Shown here: positions 59,757-64,000 of the stretch, piece after piece
Position numbering within the stretch: position 1 is the stretch's first letter
Layout of the letters: each line of letters starts with the position of its first letter
Assembly (NCBI GenBank): GCA_964427915.1
Contig: CAYRWA010000001.1
Span: 65,619 to 129,618 of the forward strand
Reading direction: 5' to 3'
DNA: 64,000 nt
Origin: an uncultured Caldisericota bacterium
GTDB lineage: Bacteria > Caldisericota > Caldisericia > UBA6126
Translations under genes and position numbers: made by a program
Notes under the pieces: generated by a model
What the model saw: only the letters and a program-made list of their open reading frames with translations
Told to the model about the DNA's origin: nothing
Databases searched by the model: none

Positions 59757-60763
59757 GAAAACAAACCCTCCTCTACTTCGTACGATGTTACATATCCATT
59801 TCTTGTAAGATATTGAATTCCAGTTTTTGTCAAAACTCTTCCTCGTGGAGTTTTCTCAATATAGTTTAAAAGCAGAAGGTAGGGTTCTGTAATCTCCTCT
59901 AACGTCATACGATCTTCGCTTAAAATAGCACATATGGTGTTTAGGCCCATCGGCCTTCCATGTTTCTGGTACAACAAAAGAAGCAGTTTTCGATCCTGAT
60001 CGGACAAACCATGTTCATCCAGCCTCATTATGGAAAAAGCCTGATCAAGTATTCCCATACCAATGTTCTTCTCAGATTTTACTGTCGCCACATCTCGAAC
60101 TCGTTTTACCAAATGAATAGCTATTCTCGGGGTTCCCCTTGAACGTTTTGCTATTTCTGTAGCCTCTTGCTGCGGAATATCAATTTTTAATTGATGGGCT
60201 ACATTTTGAATCACATCAACAAGCTCTTCGATCGAATAGAATTGAAAATGATATGTTAATCCAAACCGGTCGCGAAGAGGTTTCGAAAGAAGACCAGCTC
60301 GAGTAGTAGCCCCTATCAAGGTAAAAGGATTGCAAGGAATAGAAGCAGCCTTGATGTTTCTTCCTCCCCCTCGCACGATTTGAATCTCAAAATCTTCCAT
60401 AACACTATAAAAAGATTCTTCTATACGCTTATCCAATCGATGAATCTCATCAATGAATAAAATATCTCCTGGGTTGAGAGTCATGACTAAAGACATTAAA
60501 TCAATAATCCGCTTAATAGAGGTAGCTGTTGTTTTTACCAAGCGTCTTTCCATTTCATTGGACAAAACCATAGCCAATGATGTTTTCCCCAAACCTGGTG
60601 GCCCGTTTAGCAATATGTGTTCTAGACATTCATTTCGATCTTGTGCTGCTTGCATAGCAATTTTCAAACTTTGCTTAATACCAGTTTGCCCAATATACTC
60701 TTTCAAAAGAGAAGGTCGCAGAAGATATTCTTCGCTTTTTAGTGTATTTTGTTTTTGGTTCAT
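59753..60763 (-). CDS. ruvB: Holliday junction branch migration ATPase RuvB
   Basis: GPPGLGKTSLA Walker A, FIDEIHRL Walker B, the sensor TTR, and a winged-helix C-terminal domain. Confidence 0.95.
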   Translation of the reverse strand: MNQKQNTLKSEEYLLRPSLLKEYIGQTGIKQSLKIAMQAAQDRNECLEHILLNGPPGLGKTSLAMVLSNEMERRLVKTTATSIKRIIDLMSLVMTLNPGDILFIDEIHRLDKRIEESFYSVMEDFEIQIVRGGGRNIKAASIPCNPFTLIGATTRAGLLSKPLRDRFGLTYHFQFYSIEELVDVIQNVAHQLKIDIPQQEATEIAKRSRGTPRIAIHLVKRVRDVATVKSEKNIGMGILDQAFSIMRLDEHGLSDQDRKLLLLLYQKHGRPMGLNTICAILSEDRMTLEEITEPYLLLLNYIEKTPRGRVLTKTGIQYLTRNGYVTSYEVEEGLFS

Positions 60764-62535
60764 CGTTTATCGTCCTTTGTTAAAAGAGGCGATAAATCTG
60801 GGGGGGAGCCCGAAAACCTGCGAGAATGAACAATCTTCTTCTGTACCAAAAATTCCTCTTTCCAGCTGCCTAAGTTTTGAACAAAGGGAGGTTCTTCCTC
60901 CAGATGCTGAGATGTATAGGAACGAAATCGAATAAAATCGTGGTAGGTTAAGGTAAGGTAATCTTGCAAACCAAATTCTCCCGATGGCAGGCGAGCATAA
61001 TGCAAATCACCTGTTTCTTCGTTTTTCCACTGGTCATTGGTTGCATGAATACTGTTAATAATTCTCATTGCTGCATTCGTATAGGTTTCTTCTCCAGTAA
61101 CATCGCCTAAAAGGATCAAAAAGGAAGATTCGTTCAATAAATGATTGAGGGAAGCATGTACTCTGAGATCAGGATTGTCATACACAAAATAGTCTTGGAG
61201 CATAAAGCCATAATTAGGTGTTTCATAGCAGAATCCTTTTCGAATACCATCGACCAATATATCTCCTATTTTGCTAGCTCCTTCTATTGCATCCTCCACT
61301 CCAAGCTTTTGGTAAAGTCGCAACATAAACAACGCTGCATCTGTGCAAAATCGGGTATCGAAATAGCGATCCAGAATACCATATTCCTCTCGCAGCCATT
61401 TTGAGACAGTCCCATTCGTCCAATACCCTTCCCTGTTCTGATTTTCATGCAATGCAATAAAAGAATTCATACAAATAGCATATAAAAATCGTTGATCCTC
61501 TTCATAATAATATTCCAAGATACTTCTTGGAGCATACATCGAGTAATCCCAATAGAATCCTTGAGGAGTTTCATTCTCATACCCAGACAAATACGTGGAA
61601 TAATAAAAACCATCTTGGAAATATCCCTTTTTCAATCCGAAATCCGTGATAAACATCACCTTCTTTGTGATTGCAGACTCTATATCCAAAAGAGGTGCTG
61701 CAGAAAAAACAAACCAATCTCGAAAAGAAGAATCTTTCATTAAAGTGGTATGAGTTGAAAGAACACATTCTCCGCGGTCGTTCCTTTCTGAATAGGTACT
61801 CGTTTCCACGTCATCAATATGCTGGTAAATACCATAATCGAGGATTTGATAAGGAAACACTCGACCCGTATAAAAAGAAGAGGTGGCTTCATGATGATTC
61901 ATGAATTGGCCAAACATTGCCTCTCCCATGGAAGTGCCATCTTCTGATGGAAGCAAGGACAGGGTTGTCGACTCTTCCCAGTAGGATTCATGAGAATACC
62001 GAAATACATGCACATCAGGACTCGCATCATTTTCCATCATATTCAAGTTTTCATCCATATAGCGAACACTATAGTGCAAAGGAAAATTTCTCTCCATCTC
62101 ATTTGTATATTCTATGAATACCATAACATCTGTGTTCTGAAAAATGCGGAACCACAAATGGCAGTTTATTTCGTTTCGAGCAGGATCAACTAGTTGTACA
62201 GATGCACGAATCATACCCACCATATAGGGCGGGAATTGTGTCGAAAATTCAAGATTTTTAATGCGAAATGGAGCATGAATTGCTGTCACCACGGAGCGTT
62301 CTTTAGTCCCATCGACAGAATATTGAAGAGTGATCTCATGAGAAGTCCATTGCAAAAAAGACTTTTGAAACACCACTAACTGAGGGTTTTTATGATGGGG
62401 GGCATGAGCAATGTCGATTGGCAGAACACATAAAAAAAGCAAACCAAGCAATACAGCAACGGGAATTCGATACAATCGTCTTTTTTTTGGGATCAATCTA
62501 TTGTCGGGTCTTTCTATTTGTTCTGTTTTCATCAT
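60760..62535 (-). CDS. Hypothetical membrane-anchored protein; the C-terminal half is possibly an alpha/alpha-toroid (glucuronyl C5-epimerase-like or glycoside-hydrolase-like) fold
   Basis: TM helix (IPVAVLLGLLFLCVL). The C-terminal half is aromatic-rich and helical (ASLNHLLNESSFLILLGDVTGEETY). It has a 4-nt overlap with ruvB. Confidence 0.55.
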   Translation of the reverse strand: MMKTEQIERPDNRLIPKKRRLYRIPVAVLLGLLFLCVLPIDIAHAPHHKNPQLVVFQKSFLQWTSHEITLQYSVDGTKERSVVTAIHAPFRIKNLEFSTQFPPYMVGMIRASVQLVDPARNEINCHLWFRIFQNTDVMVFIEYTNEMERNFPLHYSVRYMDENLNMMENDASPDVHVFRYSHESYWEESTTLSLLPSEDGTSMGEAMFGQFMNHHEATSSFYTGRVFPYQILDYGIYQHIDDVETSTYSERNDRGECVLSTHTTLMKDSSFRDWFVFSAAPLLDIESAITKKVMFITDFGLKKGYFQDGFYYSTYLSGYENETPQGFYWDYSMYAPRSILEYYYEEDQRFLYAICMNSFIALHENQNREGYWTNGTVSKWLREEYGILDRYFDTRFCTDAALFMLRLYQKLGVEDAIEGASKIGDILVDGIRKGFCYETPNYGFMLQDYFVYDNPDLRVHASLNHLLNESSFLILLGDVTGEETYTNAAMRIINSIHATNDQWKNEETGDLHYARLPSGEFGLQDYLTLTYHDFIRFRSYTSQHLEEEPPFVQNLGSWKEEFLVQKKIVHSRRFSGSPPDLSPLLTKDDKR

Positions 62536-62576
62536 AATAGTTCATTAATGCTTTTTATTAACATTATACCTAGGAT

Positions 62577-64000
62577 ATGAATTTTCAACAGAAAGTAAAA
62601 AATATGGAACAAGATACTGGCAATGTAATCTACAAAAATGAGTTACGGCCAATCATTGAAAAATACATGAATCAAAAAGATTTGGCCAGAATTGAAGAAG
62701 CCTACTTTTTTGCTAGACGATTCCATGAAGGTCAAAAACGAAAATCAGGCGACCCCTATATCGTCCATCCCTTAAAAGTAGCTATTATTCTAGCCAATCA
62801 CAATGTTGATGCAAGTATGATTATTACAGGACTGTTGCATGATTCTATTGAAGATACCGAGGCCCAAAAAGAGACTATACAAGAGCTATTTAACGAAGAT
62901 ATTGCTGGGTTGGTCGACCAATTAACAAAACTCCAAAATATTGAGTTTAAAACCAAAGAAGAAGGGCAATCAGAAAATTTACGAAAACTTCTTTTGGCAA
63001 TGGCTCAAGATACTCGCGTTGTGATGGTAAAAATTGCAGACCGGCTGCACAATATGCGTACCCTAGATCATCTCGCACCTCATCGTCAAGAAAGCATTGC
63101 CAAAGAAACCATGGACATCTATGTTCCCCTGGTTCATCGACTAGGCATGTATGCATTTAAGTGGGAGTTGGAAGACTTATCCTTTAAATACATGTATCCT
63201 GAAGAGTATTCAAAGCTAAAAGCAATGGTTTCTCGTAAAAGAACCGAACGAGAAAAATATGTAGAAACTACCATGAAGATGATTTCTCATGAACTCACCA
63301 AAAACCAAGTAGAACATACAATGGAGGGAAGACCAAAAAACCTGTATTCCACCTTTAAAAAAATGAAAGACAAGCAAAAATCGCTCACGGAAGTGTACGA
63401 CCTGTTTGCAACCCGAGTGCTGGTGCCAACCATTTCCGATTGCTATGCTGCATTGGGCGTGATACATAGTATATGGAGACCCGTACCAGGACGATTTAAA
63501 GACTATATTGCCAATCCCAAAGCAAATGGATATCAATCTCTCCATACAACAGTTTTTGGTCTTGACGATCAGTTGTTAGAAATCCAAATACGAACCTTTC
63601 AAATGCATTCCCTCAATGAAATTGGCATTGCAAACCATTGGTCTTACAAAGAAGGGGAGACTAAAAAAACACGTGATTTTGATGAAAAAGTCCAATGGTT
63701 AAAACGCCTTCTTGATATGCAACAGGAGGCAAAGAATGCAGATGAGTTCATTAAAAACGTCAAGTTTGACTTGTTCAAAGAAGAAGTGTTTGTCTTTACT
63801 CCCAAGGGAAGAGTCATTGATCTTCCTGCTGGGTCAACCCCTATTGATTTTGCCTATCGCGTACATACCGATGTGGGAAACCATTGTGTGGGCGCAAAAG
63901 TAAATGGTCGCATCGTACCCCTAACATACAGTCTCCAAACAGGAGATATCGTAAAAATTCTCACAACCAAATCCGCAAAAGGTCCAGGAAAAGAATGGTT
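62577..64000 (+). CDS. rel: Bifunctional (p)ppGpp synthetase/hydrolase Rel/SpoT, truncated by the window end
   Basis: Not in the ORF track because it is open at the 3' edge. My translation from ATG 62577 gives HEGQKRKSGDPYIVHPL, LLHDSIEDT (HD hydrolase), RPKNLYSTFKKM and HTTV (synthetase), and the start of the TGS domain (VFVFTPKG). Confidence 0.9.
   Translation, partial: MNFQQKVKNMEQDTGNVIYKNELRPIIEKYMNQKDLARIEEAYFFARRFHEGQKRKSGDPYIVHPLKVAIILANHNVDASMIITGLLHDSIEDTEAQKETIQELFNEDIAGLVDQLTKLQNIEFKTKEEGQSENLRKLLLAMAQDTRVVMVKIADRLHNMRTLDHLAPHRQESIAKETMDIYVPLVHRLGMYAFKWELEDLSFKYMYPEEYSKLKAMVSRKRTEREKYVETTMKMISHELTKNQVEHTMEGRPKNLYSTFKKMKDKQKSLTEVYDLFATRVLVPTISDCYAALGVIHSIWRPVPGRFKDYIANPKANGYQSLHTTVFGLDDQLLEIQIRTFQMHSLNEIGIANHWSYKEGETKKTRDFDEKVQWLKRLLDMQQEAKNADEFIKNVKFDLFKEEVFVFTPKGRVIDLPAGSTPIDFAYRVHTDVGNHCVGAKVNGRIVPLTYSLQTGDIVKILTTKSAKGPGKEW

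Noticed and set aside
60453-60935. 160-aa plus-strand ORF antisense to ruvB and the 591-aa gene. Similar long antisense or alternative-frame ORFs occur at 58985-59416, 30925-31320, 32954-33334, 35798-36133 and 63216-63545.
   Set aside because: All lie fully inside strongly supported genes. Their composition is Cys/Arg/Ser/Phe-rich, typical of shadow frames, and they have no RBS or recognisable motif.

Overview
This is a densely coding, AT-rich bacterial chromosomal window with about 68 protein genes and 3 tRNAs. I found no rRNA, CRISPR array, integrase, transposase or prophage signature. TAA, TAG and TGA all terminate recognisable genes, so the standard genetic code applies.

Most of the content is housekeeping:
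- Translation, transcription and RNA modification: prfA-prmC, rho, def-fmt-rlmH, tgt, queH, tsaC-like, and a partial rel/spoT at the 3' edge.
- Chaperones and proteolysis: clpB, a clpC-like gene, pepF, and an S8 protease.
- DNA transactions: a priA-like gene, ruvB, RNase HI.
- Metabolism: tdh-kbl, rpe-thiN-tal, fabD, plsY, arcC, an acyl-CoA dehydrogenase with a ferredoxin, and rubrerythrin.
- Signalling: phoU, a phoR-like kinase, a phoB-like regulator, and an extra atypical response regulator.
- Many envelope or secreted proteins.

The gene-order fragments priA-def-fmt and PASTA-rpe-thiN are Firmicutes-like. Rubrerythrin, ferredoxin and acyl-CoA dehydrogenase suggest an anaerobe. Many adjacent genes overlap by 1-40 nt, implying long translationally coupled operons.

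I do not see an unambiguous, self-contained novel multi-gene system. The observations most worth follow-up are:
1. A PriA homologue in which helicase motifs I, II and VI are all degenerate while the Cys-rich zinc region is intact.
2. A kinase-less PASTA lipoprotein sitting exactly where prkC lies in the Bacillus ylo cluster.
3. Three secreted proteins with unrelated heads (cohesin-like, 4x repeat array, NHL-like propeller) that share one C-terminal two-repeat copper-amine-oxidase-N-like module.
4. A REC protein with an unassigned, possibly degenerate GGDEF-like output domain, plus a membrane helical-repeat protein, wedged into an acd-fdx-...-maf-phoB-phoR operon.
5. ruvB without ruvA, coupled to an unknown 591-aa membrane-anchored protein and queH.

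All functional calls rest on motif recognition by eye. No database search was run.
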